From: a virus
Taxonomy: Duplodnaviria; Caudoviricetes
Length of the DNA: 51,594 nt
IMG/VR virus record: IMGVR_UViG_3300048834_000016
Span: 1-51,594 of that record
Reading direction: 5' to 3' (one strand)
Positions 36,150 to 47,765 of the stretch are shown here, piece by piece. Each line of letters starts with the position of its first letter. The first letter of the stretch is position 1. Made by a program: the position numbers and the translations under genes. Under the pieces are notes generated by a model. The model saw nothing but the letters and a program-made list of their open reading frames with translations, had not been told where the DNA came from and searched no databases.

Positions 36150-37977
36150 TGTTGTCTCCAACCTTTGTGTAATTAGCCTTGTCCTTCCAGCTTCCTTGTC
36201 CGTTATACTTATATCCGTTAATAATAGTGCCAGGACGAACAGGGAACAACTTAGGAAGAATCTCGTATTTCTTCTCTTCCCAATACTTAGCAGGTTCTTT
36301 ACCTTCCAAGTTAGCTCCGAGAGAGATGAGCTTATTAACAGCTTTAGATGTTTTATTCAAATCATTAAGAGCCTTTCGTTGAGCACTCGTCATAGCTTGA
36401 TTAGTAGAATAATCAGGAAGATTGAAAGACACGCTTGTTCCATCAAATGTGGTTTGCAGCTTATCCATATCAAGCTTCTCATCCTTCAGTACGAGACGTG
36501 GAGAATTACTTCCTGGATCTTTAACATATTCAGAACGAGTAGTGACAATCCCTTCAAGGCTTTCTCCAATAGTTTGTACAGCGGGTTGTAGGTAGTGAAG
36601 TTGAAACACTTGTTTAGCAGGTTCAATCTCCGAAGGGGAGAGTTTGTTTTCTCTAGCAAACTTACCGTATTCAGGAGAAGAGAAATAATCTACTGCTGAC
36701 TGTAACTGCTTAGGATCGAGACCGTCTTCATATTGGAGCTTACCAAGTTGCTTCAGATAATTACGAATAGAATTAGACAGTTCCTGTTTTGTTCCATTTG
36801 TATCTTTAGCAGTTCCATTGTTATACAACTGCGTGTTCTTCTTCAACACTTCCAACGTAGGCTTGTCCTCTGGAGTACCTGTAATTTGAGGAACAATCCC
36901 TACCTGACCTGGAGCTTTATTAAGCTGATCTAGTGTGTCAACAAGTTTAGGAGCTGTTCCTGTGAGTCTCATAACGAGATCAGGAGCATTACCGAACAAC
37001 TGAGACACTGCCACCCTATTAGCTACACCGGGTTGATTCAAAGCAGCAAGCTTAGTTTTATAAATCACAGAATCATATTGATCCTTAACTGTCTTAGCTT
37101 CAGAAGCAGGGTCAATAGCTGCTAGGGCAGCCTTCTTCGTTTCATCAAACAAACCCCGATACATACTGGCAAGTTCAGGATTGAGACCTGCAATACCATT
37201 AATCGACTGTTCCACCTTAGTGAATTGTTGGTTCAATGACAATGCAGCTTGTTGAGGATTAAGTTCTCCATTTTGAATACGCATACGATAGTCATCTGCT
37301 GCTGAGAAGAACATATCAATGTTATTATTAGCTAGATCATTTAGAAGGGTCAACGAAGAATTCTTACGTTCAATATCTGCCACTTCTCTTGAATATCTTC
37401 CAGATGCTCTATTAGCTTCTTCCTTAGCATTTAATCTACGAAATGTAGCATCTGCTTGCTCTTGAGCTTGAAAGTTACGAATATACGCATCCTGAGCATC
37501 CTTACCCATATTAGGATCAACAGGCATTGCTCCAGAAGACTGAGCCTTCTTAATCAAGTCATTACGCATGTCAGCTTCTGTCTTGATTCGTTCTTGAGCT
37601 TCTCCAATCTGAGAGAATCCCTTAAACGCTGTAGCTACGGATGATAGCTCTTTCTCCAGTTCTGGATAAGAACCCATAAATTTATTGAATAGAATTCTAG
37701 AACGTCGTACAGCAGCGTCTCCAGCAAGTCCACCAGATTCAATAGCATCATTAATACTCTGCTGTTGCCTAGAATAGTCTTTAATGATACTACCCTTAAG
37801 AGCCTCGGCCTTACTCTTTTTATCTAGTTCTAATCCTTTTTGAAAGATATTAAGAAATCCAGAAATATTCTCAGCAACACCATTATCCAGAGGCATAGTT
37901 GTTGCTGGTTGAAGAACAGAAGTCCCTGCCCCTTGAGGAGCAGAGAGTTCTGTGGCTTGAATACCAAACTCAGCCAT
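36142..37977 (-). CDS. Internal virion (ejection) protein
   Basis: 611 aa, helical, in T7-like synteny after the tail genes. Confidence 0.6.
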   Translation of the reverse strand: MAEFGIQATELSAPQGAGTSVLQPATTMPLDNGVAENISGFLNIFQKGLELDKKSKAEALKGSIIKDYSRQQQSINDAIESGGLAGDAAVRRSRILFNKFMGSYPELEKELSSVATAFKGFSQIGEAQERIKTEADMRNDLIKKAQSSGAMPVDPNMGKDAQDAYIRNFQAQEQADATFRRLNAKEEANRASGRYSREVADIERKNSSLTLLNDLANNNIDMFFSAADDYRMRIQNGELNPQQAALSLNQQFTKVEQSINGIAGLNPELASMYRGLFDETKKAALAAIDPASEAKTVKDQYDSVIYKTKLAALNQPGVANRVAVSQLFGNAPDLVMRLTGTAPKLVDTLDQLNKAPGQVGIVPQITGTPEDKPTLEVLKKNTQLYNNGTAKDTNGTKQELSNSIRNYLKQLGKLQYEDGLDPKQLQSAVDYFSSPEYGKFARENKLSPSEIEPAKQVFQLHYLQPAVQTIGESLEGIVTTRSEYVKDPGSNSPRLVLKDEKLDMDKLQTTFDGTSVSFNLPDYSTNQAMTSAQRKALNDLNKTSKAVNKLISLGANLEGKEPAKYWEEKKYEILPKLFPVRPGTIINGYKYNGQGSWKDKANYTKVGDNNE

Positions 37978-40900
37978 TATTTAACTTCCTTTTCTTGTCT
38001 GTACTTTTTCGCATCTTCTAAGACACGAATAGCACGTTGCTTGTCATCTTCAGAGAATGGGCCAAGCTTAATTTTACTTATTGTATCTTCGATACCTGGA
38101 ATATTAGAAGACTTGATGATACGTGTAAGAATTTGTTGGTCAGGGTCTTGAATAACAAATCCAAGCTCTCTCTGAATAATCTTCTGAGCTTCCGAATCGT
38201 ATTCATATTTACTAAGCATAAACTGAGCAACAGCATTAAGCTGATCTAAATCAGTAGCCCCCTTCTCCCACGAGCTTTGATAATAACGAAGGGTATCCTT
38301 AAAGGCTGATTTAACTTCATCTTCATGGTTTTTCTTCGTATCAGAAACCTTCTTTGACATTTCAAACAACTGTTTCTGACTCATCCCACCAAATCCAAGA
38401 ACTTGAGCAAATGCTTCTACAGCATGCTCCATGTCCCCCGTAGGCTTACCATATGCATCGAAACGCTTATACGTCTCAAGCATTAGGTGAGCTTTATACG
38501 CATTATTCCATCCAGAGCTAATCTTAGCTATTTCGTTCAATGCATGCATAAACGAATCAGGGGTTTCACCTACTGGCTTGGCAACACCCATAAATCTCAT
38601 AGCTGACCCCATTGCATTTCTAACACGTCCTTGTTCAGAGAATAAGAGCTGTCCAGCAGGACTACTCATCATCATCTTTTGCAAACCACCTGTGTAGAAG
38701 GAATGGAGCATCTCAGCCCATCCCATATAGTCATATGGAGCTAACGAAGAGAAATCTATATGAATATCTTCTTTACCAGTTAGGTCTCGAAACATAGTAT
38801 TCAGAGAATAAGCTTCCATCCCTTCTGTTAGAATTTCTCTAGCTGTCTTATTCTCAGGGAGAATATCTGTTCCAAATACTTTCTCTGCAAGAGCATTAAC
38901 CATAAGCACTGGAGGACCCCAGAGTATAACATCTCCAGCTAAAAGACGGGCTCTTTCCACTCCTGTAAGTTTCCTATTGAAAGATTGAAGGAAGGCTTTA
39001 TGAGGCACCTGAAGGAATTGCAAGAAGAATGCTGAAGATGTTTGATTATATGGCATATCTCCAGCGAAATTCATTTCGTAGGAAATAGCTCTTGCCTCAC
39101 TCATCATTGCAGCTTTAACATCAGCGCTGTCTACATTAGCTCCATTACGAACATATTTATCGTACACAGCAGCCATATGCATAAGCATGTTACCTTTTTC
39201 ACCTTGATCAAAACCAATCTTACGCATCACTTCAAATGTTTTAGAAGCAGCTTTAGTTGGAAGGCTTCGAGCTTCAGCAGCATCAATCAATGTACTACGA
39301 ACCAGATTCTGTTTATCAACAGCATCCATCACACCACTATCTTCAATAAAGCGAACAAAAGAACTCTTATTGTATGCAGCTCGTGGACGACCATCTACAA
39401 CATACGTTAAGAATTCAGCAGGTAGTGAAATGATATTACCATTAGCCCAAGAAATAGGATTATAAGCAAATGTTCTAACAGCTTGATGCATCTGAACCAT
39501 AGCTTGTCTAATAGGATTAGCAGCAATTGTGGCTGTGAATACAGCTTGCTTCATACCCCCTGTAGGACTTACTCTAGCAGCTTCACCAAACCCACGTTGT
39601 ATCTTTCCGAGTCCTAATTCACCAGACTTCTCTGCCATAGCGTACATAAACTGCTTATAGAACTCGTCCATACCATTTATGTATCCATTCTCCAGATGAT
39701 GAAGGTAAGCCCAATTGGTACGAGCATCAGCAACTTCTTTAATCACTTGACCACCCTTCTCACCAATCTCGCTTATACTTCTAGGCCAGATTCGTCCACC
39801 CATTCCATCTGATTTAAACAAGTGACCAAATTGCTGCATCACTCGTGCTTTACCTGTTTCGATAACAGGACGAGTAATAGCTTGGCCAGCAATGCTCTTA
39901 GCAGACTTCATAGCAGATGTAACAGGGCTCTCAACAATCTCCATTCCTCCGAGTAAATTATTACCAGTAGCAACTTCTAGAGCCTTTCCACGATAGCGTT
40001 GTGCAATACGTCCTCTTGCACTTTCAATGTCAAACCATTCATCACTTCCTCTACGAAGCATACGATCATCAGCACGATGAGAATACACCTCTCCAGAAGT
40101 AGCGTTATGATTAGCTCGCTTTACATATGATTCTGCTTCTACAGAATCCTTGCCAACAGCAACAGCTTTTGTAATCTTTACACCATTAGCATCTGTAAAC
40201 GTCTTATCAATGAATCGTGGCTTGTCATAATGAACAGTGAAATATCCTTCACGGTAATTTAGCACCATGTCAGAATCTCTAAACTTACGAGCATATTCAG
40301 AAGGTGTGTTACGAATAACCATATGGGTTACAGTGTCTTGACCAATCTGAACTGGACGACGGTATTGATTGATTGCTCCTCCTTTATCATACAACTCATC
40401 AATTTCTTGACGAGTAAACAGCCTTACTTGACCTATAGCAGGATCATATAAGTTGTTTTGATTGTACAAATTAGAGTTCTTCGCCATAGGCTTCACATGG
40501 AATTCATCTGAAGCGTTACGGAACAGCATATATCCTTGTTCATTATACTGACGAATAACATCAGCATTCTCAAGATAGAACTGCCCATCCCAGAAATCTC
40601 TGAAAGATTTAACAGCATCAATCTCTTCATCAGACATTCCTCTAGTAAGTTTCATATCTGCCATATCCATCTTCATGCCTTTGATATTGGCTTCAAACAG
40701 ATATTCATCAACACGTTTCTGTGCTTCTTTAGGAAGCTTCACATATTGGTCAGAGTATTTAGCTGCTTCATCCAGAAGAATCTTTTCGAGCTTTGCAGAA
40801 TAGTCTTGAGCTGCTGTCTGTGCTCGTGTAATCTTAGGATCAATACGAGAAGCTGCATCTGCAAGATAGGAAGATATACCTCCTTGAAGTTTAAATGAGA

Positions 40901-43112
40901 ATGGGAGTCTATCTAAGAAATTAAGCTTTGTAGTGATTCCTTCAAACCGTACAGGATTGGTAGGATCAACCACATCCCCTGTAGTGAATTTATGTTCAGA
41001 TTCAATACGAATCATGTAGGAGCCAGGAACATCCTTAACGTCTTCTAATTTTACAGGAACATAGTCTAAACCATCGTTCTTAAGAATCTTCACTTCTTCT
41101 GGGAGAATACCATACTTACTAAGAGCATAAGTAGCTTGACTTACAGCATCTTGAGCATTAGACCATGCACCTTCTGGCTTTCCATATACAGCAGATATTT
41201 TAACAGAGCCTCCATCAGCCTTGAACGAAGTATTGAAACCTCCCATGCTTTCGTGGAGAACAAGCCCTTTAGCAGATTGAAAATCATTAACAATGTTTCC
41301 ACGTATAGCAGCTTTCTCCATAGGGGTGAAATCAATACGTCCAATCTTACTCATGAACTCATATGCTCGTTCTGGAATCATTCCTTGACGAATACTACGT
41401 TGAATATCTACAGGCTCTGCTGCCACCTTTCCGCTATCTGTAACAGCTTTGGGAAACACATCTTGTGCCAGTGCATCTTGTTTAGTGGAATTAGCTACAC
41501 CTTCGGCTACAGCTTCATCTCCTTCAAAAATAGCTTTGAAACTATCTCTTGCCTTTTCAGGGTTGGACTGTTTAATCGTAGAATGAGGAGATAATGGATG
41601 AGATTGTCCCAGAGGAGAATTGAGATTGATTCGTTCAACCATATCTGCAACAGGGCTCTTCTTAATAAACATCTCAGTATTGTTCTTCTTGAGAGTAGCA
41701 ATCTGTTTCTCAATTTCAGCAACACGCTGTATGACAGTAGAGGCTTCTTTATTAGTAGTCAACTGCTCATCTATACGACCAATCTTAGCATTCAGATCAT
41801 TTTCTAGATTAGTGAAAATAGATTCAGCTTGCTTCTTAGCTTCTTTAGACGTAATCTTATTAGCTTCTTGAAGTCTCTTAGCAATATCAGATTTAGAACC
41901 TTCTGACTTGAAATTAGCAACAAGAGCTTCTCTTTCGGACTTAAGATTGGCTACTTCACCCTTATCAAGTGTGTTAGAAGCCTTCCCTAATAGCTGTGCT
42001 TTCTCTGCTTCAAGATCGCTAATACGCTTATCATATGCTCCAGCAGTAGGCTTACCTGTTACTGTTGCTAGATCATCTCCCTGTATTCCAACAGGCTTAT
42101 TAACAACTGGTTGTACAGTAGGTTGTTCGTAAGAAGTTTTATTAACTACAGGAACCGTTTCCTCTACACTCTTTACCGCTTTACCAGCTTTAGCAACTCC
42201 TTTAACAGAGCGTACTGTAAAACCGAGCCCTACAACATCCAGGAGACCAGAAAGATTATCCAACCACACATCGGTATTGGAATAACCTCCTTCATCTAAG
42301 AGCTGTTGAGCACGTTGCCATTCTTGAAAATCATTATCAGACATAAGCACTCCGCTGCTGTCTTTCAGATTCGTAAGAATGTTACGTGTCATTTCTTCCC
42401 GTGCTGCTGGAGGAAGGTTCTCAAGCTTTTGACGACGAGACATAACATCTGAGCCTGGAAGGGCAAATGCTTTAAAAATCTCTCCAGCAGTTCCACCAGC
42501 TCCAGCACGCTCTCTAGCTACTGCAATGTTATTACCAAAAGGCATAACCCACAAAGCAGCCATCTCACCAACTGTCTCTACACCAGCTCCTTTTAGATTT
42601 GCCATATGAGAGTTAATCAAAGCTTGACGTTGTGTACGTTCTTGATTAATCTCATTGAGAGCTTTAGATGTAGCATTGATACGTGCATCTTCTTCATCAG
42701 GACGTTCGCCCTCACTTGTCTGAGATGCAAGATTATTATGCATAATCGCAGAAGTCTCTTTAAGAGCAGGGTTGAGCTTAAGCTGAGAAATAGCTTGCTT
42801 CTTTTGTTCATATGGTACAGCAGGATCAGCAAGAATATTCATCAGAGTTTTCTGATCTTGTTCCTGAACAGTATTTACCACGCGATCTTGAAGCGCTTGT
42901 GTATAAGAAGAATCTCCATTCTCAGACTCGGCCATCATAATCTGATAATTCTCTAGGGCTTTATCAGGCTCAGATGTAAGAGCTACAGTAGCCGCTCTGT
43001 TACGTATAGCAGATTTTGGAGGGTCAATAGTTCCAAGAGATGTACCCTTGACCATATCATCTAGAGAAATAGGGTATGCCTCTACCCCAATCAGATCATT
43101 TAGTTCGCTCAT
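37977..43112 (-). CDS. Large internal virion protein
   Basis: 1711 aa; size and position match T7 gp16-like ejection proteins. Confidence 0.65.
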   Translation of the reverse strand: MSELNDLIGVEAYPISLDDMVKGTSLGTIDPPKSAIRNRAATVALTSEPDKALENYQIMMAESENGDSSYTQALQDRVVNTVQEQDQKTLMNILADPAVPYEQKKQAISQLKLNPALKETSAIMHNNLASQTSEGERPDEEDARINATSKALNEINQERTQRQALINSHMANLKGAGVETVGEMAALWVMPFGNNIAVARERAGAGGTAGEIFKAFALPGSDVMSRRQKLENLPPAAREEMTRNILTNLKDSSGVLMSDNDFQEWQRAQQLLDEGGYSNTDVWLDNLSGLLDVVGLGFTVRSVKGVAKAGKAVKSVEETVPVVNKTSYEQPTVQPVVNKPVGIQGDDLATVTGKPTAGAYDKRISDLEAEKAQLLGKASNTLDKGEVANLKSEREALVANFKSEGSKSDIAKRLQEANKITSKEAKKQAESIFTNLENDLNAKIGRIDEQLTTNKEASTVIQRVAEIEKQIATLKKNNTEMFIKKSPVADMVERINLNSPLGQSHPLSPHSTIKQSNPEKARDSFKAIFEGDEAVAEGVANSTKQDALAQDVFPKAVTDSGKVAAEPVDIQRSIRQGMIPERAYEFMSKIGRIDFTPMEKAAIRGNIVNDFQSAKGLVLHESMGGFNTSFKADGGSVKISAVYGKPEGAWSNAQDAVSQATYALSKYGILPEEVKILKNDGLDYVPVKLEDVKDVPGSYMIRIESEHKFTTGDVVDPTNPVRFEGITTKLNFLDRLPFSFKLQGGISSYLADAASRIDPKITRAQTAAQDYSAKLEKILLDEAAKYSDQYVKLPKEAQKRVDEYLFEANIKGMKMDMADMKLTRGMSDEEIDAVKSFRDFWDGQFYLENADVIRQYNEQGYMLFRNASDEFHVKPMAKNSNLYNQNNLYDPAIGQVRLFTRQEIDELYDKGGAINQYRRPVQIGQDTVTHMVIRNTPSEYARKFRDSDMVLNYREGYFTVHYDKPRFIDKTFTDANGVKITKAVAVGKDSVEAESYVKRANHNATSGEVYSHRADDRMLRRGSDEWFDIESARGRIAQRYRGKALEVATGNNLLGGMEIVESPVTSAMKSAKSIAGQAITRPVIETGKARVMQQFGHLFKSDGMGGRIWPRSISEIGEKGGQVIKEVADARTNWAYLHHLENGYINGMDEFYKQFMYAMAEKSGELGLGKIQRGFGEAARVSPTGGMKQAVFTATIAANPIRQAMVQMHQAVRTFAYNPISWANGNIISLPAEFLTYVVDGRPRAAYNKSSFVRFIEDSGVMDAVDKQNLVRSTLIDAAEARSLPTKAASKTFEVMRKIGFDQGEKGNMLMHMAAVYDKYVRNGANVDSADVKAAMMSEARAISYEMNFAGDMPYNQTSSAFFLQFLQVPHKAFLQSFNRKLTGVERARLLAGDVILWGPPVLMVNALAEKVFGTDILPENKTAREILTEGMEAYSLNTMFRDLTGKEDIHIDFSSLAPYDYMGWAEMLHSFYTGGLQKMMMSSPAGQLLFSEQGRVRNAMGSAMRFMGVAKPVGETPDSFMHALNEIAKISSGWNNAYKAHLMLETYKRFDAYGKPTGDMEHAVEAFAQVLGFGGMSQKQLFEMSKKVSDTKKNHEDEVKSAFKDTLRYYQSSWEKGATDLDQLNAVAQFMLSKYEYDSEAQKIIQRELGFVIQDPDQQILTRIIKSSNIPGIEDTISKIKLGPFSEDDKQRAIRVLEDAKKYRQEKEVK

Positions 43113-43603
43113 TATTGATTTGGAAAAGATTGATTAATTAAAGGACCTTGTAGATTATTAGGAGTATCAAAAATACTATTAGCAAATTGTGCTGCACCTG
43201 GAACCATCTGTCCTATAGTTGACAATGTTCTAGCAGACCCTGCAGCATTTGCAATGTCTTGTTGAGTCGTGCTCATTAAACTGGAAAGATTGGCTGAATT
43301 AGCATTACTTCCAATACCTGCAGACAGATTTGTCGCTAGTCCTCCGATAGCACCTAGCTCTCCAGAACTTCCAGCAACCCCTGTATTCTCAGACGACTGA
43401 AGAATACGTGCTCTACGAATACGTTCTTCTCTAATTTGTTTACGACGCTCTTCCATTTGAGCAGATTTGTTCTGCGCATTCTGGATGTTTCTTGCTTCTT
43501 TTTGTCCACTTCGTGCTCTTATGTTCTGAGCAATACCAGCAACACCTGCTACAATAGATGTACCTGCTGCTATTTGTGTTAAGAGAGCTGCTTCAATTCC
43601 CAT
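43112..43603 (-). CDS. Internal virion protein (gp14-like)
   Basis: Hydrophobic Gly/Ala N-terminus, coiled coil, GVAGSS motif. Confidence 0.6.
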   Translation of the reverse strand: MGIEAALLTQIAAGTSIVAGVAGIAQNIRARSGQKEARNIQNAQNKSAQMEERRKQIREERIRRARILQSSENTGVAGSSGELGAIGGLATNLSAGIGSNANSANLSSLMSTTQQDIANAAGSARTLSTIGQMVPGAAQFANSIFDTPNNLQGPLINQSFPNQ

Positions 43604-43872
43604 TTAAACACCTTATATTCATTAACCATACCTATGTATTCCCCATTAAATATTCGCGCTAATTTAGGGCTTTTAGGGGCTCCTATGATGGTATTAATAT
43701 TCTTCTCTCTACATTCATTACAAAATGAATTGAATACAGAGAACATCCTTCGTAATACAGAAGGTTTTACATTATATATTTCACAATGCACTACAACCTC
43801 CTCCCCAATTAACTCGTAATCGAGGAAGAAGTCCCCATCCTTGTAGTAGGTTTTACGTAACACTGTTTCCAT
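43579..43872 (-). CDS. Hypothetical protein (T7 gp13-like position)
   Basis: 97-aa ORF between nozzle and internal virion genes. Confidence 0.5.
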   Translation of the reverse strand: METVLRKTYYKDGDFFLDYELIGEEVVVHCEIYNVKPSVLRRMFSVFNSFCNECREKNINTIIGAPKSPKLARIFNGEYIGMVNEYKVFKWELKQLS

Positions 43873-46135
43873 TTAGGTTGATGTTCCATCCTACAATACG
43901 ACAATCTTTCTCAGGTTCTGTACTGAAATGCAAAGATAATGCCCTACCTTGTCCACGAAGCTTGCTCTTCGTAGTGATTAGTTCAAATCCTGTATCATAA
44001 CTATCTCCTGAATTGTCAACTAAGTATCCTCTACGATAACGGTAAACCTGTTGTGAAGGTCCCCATTTCTTAGAATTGACACTATTAGACCATTCCCATT
44101 GTGAGCGCATTAAACAACCAGATACGTTAATAGGGTTCATTTCAGAATCTACCCCATTCTCTGTACGATACATATGCACTGTTACATAAGGAACTTGTTT
44201 ATCTACAGAAGAATCTCCTGCTGTGATAGCTCCTGTTAACAGATGGGCAGTAGCATCAATACCTACTCCGTCTCTACTATACCAATCTTTAAATTTACCA
44301 TTCCAATAATGTCCAAATGTGAATTTAGGGAATTCAAGAGGAGCTTCTTGTATCATTAGATATTTCACACTAGATTTTGAAGGCATACGTTCTAGATAGG
44401 GAACGGTTACAACATTTAGTCCAGAATTAACAATGTCATCACCAGATACTACGTTGTTATATAGTTCCTGATATTGAACTGTAGCTGTTGGAAAAAGCCC
44501 ACGTATAGAACACCCTGGAGGATTACTAACAGTATATGGATAAAATGCTGGAACAGTTATATCAAGAATAAGCTCTTTGATTTCACTCTGAACACCTTGA
44601 TCATCTTGCTCATAGTACATCCATCTAACAACTTTAGATACATCATCGTATATCCCTGCTGATACAGCTTTAGCTTTCTCAGAGACATTTGAATAAAACG
44701 TATTAATTATGTTATCAGAAATACACGTATCTATAATATCCCCTGTTTGAGTTATAGATATTGAACGTATTCCATTAGCTCCCCAATATAAAGTAGAATC
44801 TGACGTCTTAACAATACTAGACCTAGACACACACCCTACATCACTTAACTGTTTAACCTTATTATTAGTGGCTGAGAATCCATAATCCGATCCACCAGAA
44901 ATAACCCATGTACCGTTAGAACCTATAACAATTAAACTAGAACCAATATTAGACATTCCGATAATTTCAGAAGCTCCTGAAATCTTAATGAATCCTCCAT
45001 CGGTATCTACAATATCATTACCTTCTCTAGATGTTGGATCGCCCTCTTGATAACATTTACCTAAATCATTAGGGCTGTTAACCAGTTGTGAATACAGAAT
45101 ATAGTTAGAAAGTCTCGGGCTGCGAATATCACCGCCTAAAACTTCTCCGCTGAATCCTGCATAGAAAACTCGTCCTGCGAATTCATATACAGCAGTTGCT
45201 CCTCCTGGAGTGGTGTCTTGTTTTGCTGTAAACGAAGAAAGATACATTTGAGGAAAACGTGCTTTGTTATTCTCAATAGCCTGAGTTCTAGAAGGTCCTC
45301 GGCGTAATGCATCAATAATGAAATAACCCTTAGCTGCTGAAGGTGTGGCACCCAGCATCTCGCCCCAAGCATTGGTACGAATATATTCGTAAGGTTCCTC
45401 CCCTGGACGCATTGTCATAGCTGTCCAAACTTCTTCAGACGAAGAAGGGAGCCTCATATAGTATGTGGAATAGTACCCAATAACATCAAAGAACTTACCT
45501 GGACCTCCACCATCCATACGTCTAGGAATACCCCAAGATTGATTATACAGGTTATAGAAGTGTTCTGCTGGAGCGTCTTGAGGAGGATGATAATATGGAT
45601 CGGAATCTGTAGGAGCATATGATACACCCCACAAATCTCTTACTTTTAAACTAAAATATTCAGCAGAAAATGTACCTGTTAAATTATCATATTTAACCCT
45701 AGCTAATGAAGGATTGCCGGTGGCTACAATCAGATCACCATCTATAGATGCGAACGAATACTTCTCAATCAGATTACCAACGTCATAACGCCCTACATAA
45801 CCGTCCCGGGATAGGGAGTCTTTTTGCATATCAAAAAAGTTAAGAGCGTAACCCATCTGAACAACTAAAAAATCCTTACCATTAATACCGCTTACATTAT
45901 TCCATATAAACGTATTAATTGCCCCTTGTACACCGAAAGGAGGTCCTGGAAGAATATTTACAGCATAATCATTTTCATAATCCATTCCAAGACGTCGTTG
46001 TCGAACTCCTGTACGTAAAAGTTCAAAATTTTCTTCTGACAATGATGCATTAGGAGGAAAATTTAGAGGGCTTGCTTCTGTTACAAGACCTTTAATGAAG
46101 TTGCTTACTTCAGATTTTACTGATTTCTTTGTCAT
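43853..46135 (-). CDS. Tail tubular protein B (nozzle)
   Basis: 760 aa, beta-propeller-like; FAGRVFYAG motif; synteny. Confidence 0.75.
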   Translation of the reverse strand: MTKKSVKSEVSNFIKGLVTEASPLNFPPNASLSEENFELLRTGVRQRRLGMDYENDYAVNILPGPPFGVQGAINTFIWNNVSGINGKDFLVVQMGYALNFFDMQKDSLSRDGYVGRYDVGNLIEKYSFASIDGDLIVATGNPSLARVKYDNLTGTFSAEYFSLKVRDLWGVSYAPTDSDPYYHPPQDAPAEHFYNLYNQSWGIPRRMDGGGPGKFFDVIGYYSTYYMRLPSSSEEVWTAMTMRPGEEPYEYIRTNAWGEMLGATPSAAKGYFIIDALRRGPSRTQAIENNKARFPQMYLSSFTAKQDTTPGGATAVYEFAGRVFYAGFSGEVLGGDIRSPRLSNYILYSQLVNSPNDLGKCYQEGDPTSREGNDIVDTDGGFIKISGASEIIGMSNIGSSLIVIGSNGTWVISGGSDYGFSATNNKVKQLSDVGCVSRSSIVKTSDSTLYWGANGIRSISITQTGDIIDTCISDNIINTFYSNVSEKAKAVSAGIYDDVSKVVRWMYYEQDDQGVQSEIKELILDITVPAFYPYTVSNPPGCSIRGLFPTATVQYQELYNNVVSGDDIVNSGLNVVTVPYLERMPSKSSVKYLMIQEAPLEFPKFTFGHYWNGKFKDWYSRDGVGIDATAHLLTGAITAGDSSVDKQVPYVTVHMYRTENGVDSEMNPINVSGCLMRSQWEWSNSVNSKKWGPSQQVYRYRRGYLVDNSGDSYDTGFELITTKSKLRGQGRALSLHFSTEPEKDCRIVGWNINLNGNSVT

Positions 46136-46316
46136 CGGTCTTTACATTCTTTTGTTTTAGAGCAATGTACATATCAACAATTTGTTTAGCAACCCCTGTA
46201 GAAGTAAAAAGACCTGTCATAACTTGAGGTATCTTACCACCTTGGCCTGCCGTAGCAATTGAATAACATTTAGCTGCTCCTTGAGCAGGAGTAATAAGAT
46301 ACCCTTTATATTCCAT
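46110..46316 (-). CDS. Hypothetical protein
   Basis: 68-aa ORF coupled between tail genes. Confidence 0.65.
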   Translation of the reverse strand: MEYKGYLITPAQGAAKCYSIATAGQGGKIPQVMTGLFTSTGVAKQIVDMYIALKQKNVKTDDKEISKI

Positions 46317-47071
46317 TATCGATTACCTTTACGTCCATAGTTAGGATAACGGATACCTCCTTTAGCACTCCATGCGCTTTGAGATAACCATCTTTGCTGT
46401 CTAGCAGCTTTCTGTTCTACTTTTTGATTAACCATCTGTTTTACAGATACAAACGCTGTACTCTTAGCTTCTGCTAACAGAGCCGGGAATACCTCATCAG
46501 GAATATCTGGAATGAATGTATCTTCATGCGCCCATGTTGGGAAGATATAGCCATAGCATTGAGTCTTAGATGATTGAAGTGTGTCATCAACAGCTTGATC
46601 ATACGAATCTGTTACGATGTACTCATCATCGAATGAAGTCCAATACGTAGGAGCAATGTTATTTTTAATTAAAAGCTTGCTTCCGCTGAAATCAATCACT
46701 GTAGACACTGTTGCATCTTTACTGTTCCTATTTGAAATGTATTGAAGGAACTCGTCTGGATACTTATATATGATAGCTTTTAGTTCAATCTTACCCTCTT
46801 CAGAATCTTGACATTCATATTTAAAGAACTCAAGTTCTTTTATCCTAGGAGGAAGCCTTAGATAATTGGGCTTGTTCAAATCCCCTACATGAGAGAATTG
46901 GAATAGTTTACGAAGATGAGGCCAATTACGTTTAGAGATAATTTCAAAATAAGCAGTTTTTACAATCTGAGCAATTTGTTCAGACTCTACTGTATCTGTA
47001 ATACTGTTAACAGCATCGGAATCAATCTCATTGAGAATGTCTTGAACAATCTCTAAAAGATTCATCTTCAT
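46316..47071 (-). CDS. Tail tubular protein A (adaptor)
   Basis: LLEIVQDILNEID...ESEQIA N-terminus typical of adaptors; synteny. Confidence 0.72.
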   Translation of the reverse strand: MKMNLLEIVQDILNEIDSDAVNSITDTVESEQIAQIVKTAYFEIISKRNWPHLRKLFQFSHVGDLNKPNYLRLPPRIKELEFFKYECQDSEEGKIELKAIIYKYPDEFLQYISNRNSKDATVSTVIDFSGSKLLIKNNIAPTYWTSFDDEYIVTDSYDQAVDDTLQSSKTQCYGYIFPTWAHEDTFIPDIPDEVFPALLAEAKSTAFVSVKQMVNQKVEQKAARQQRWLSQSAWSAKGGIRYPNYGRKGNR

Positions 47072-47751
47072 TAGGTAGCTCTCCGAAGATCAAGAGTTAG
47101 ATTTGCGTTTCGGATTACAAGGTTTCCAGCAGCACTAGAGGCTACGAATAGTTGAACATAATCCCCAACATTCAAAGTAACAAGCCCAAACGCATTGAGG
47201 TTACCAGAATCACCTGTAGAATTAGACTTTGTGACTGTTGTTCTAGGAGACCATGTAGTTCCGTTGATCTTGAAACGTGCTCCTACTAGAGACGTATTAG
47301 AAGGGTATCCAGAGATATTAGCCCAGAACCGAACATCATAAACGCCTGTTACGGGTGCAATAAGTCTCTCTACACTAAAAGTAATTCCAAACAAACTTTC
47401 CCCATTCCATGGGGCACCTGCTCCTGTAAAAAGGACATAATCAGATACGTCTTGGAGGGTTGCATCTGCGGCTGCTCCAATTACAAAATTATTAGAATTA
47501 TTCGTAATACCCATAACACCGTATGCATTAAGTGTCTTAGCTACAAATCCGTTAGATCCATCAGATAGGAACACTTTATTTGCTGTTCCTCCATCTCCAG
47601 TTAGTCCTTGAAAATTAGAACTTTTAATTTTATCCCATGTACCGCTGGCTGCTCCGTTAGAAACATAAACTTGATTGATTGCTGCAACAGAAATACCTTT
47701 AGGTTCGTGAAGCTGTGATTCTGGAATATCTTTATGTTGAATATTTGACAT
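47071..47751 (-). CDS. Structural (collar/short fibre-like) protein
   Basis: LHEPKG N-terminal motif; beta-sandwich C-terminus (TGVYDV...LNVGDYVQLF). Confidence 0.55.
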   Translation of the reverse strand: MSNIQHKDIPESQLHEPKGISVAAINQVYVSNGAASGTWDKIKSSNFQGLTGDGGTANKVFLSDGSNGFVAKTLNAYGVMGITNNSNNFVIGAAADATLQDVSDYVLFTGAGAPWNGESLFGITFSVERLIAPVTGVYDVRFWANISGYPSNTSLVGARFKINGTTWSPRTTVTKSNSTGDSGNLNAFGLVTLNVGDYVQLFVASSAAGNLVIRNANLTLDLRRAT

Positions 47752-47765
47752 TCATTTCTCCAATG

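Noticed and set aside
37977-43112. 1711-aa ORF as a virion RNA polymerase
   Set aside because: No RNAP catalytic motifs were recognised and it is about half the size of N4 vRNAP; position fits an ejection protein
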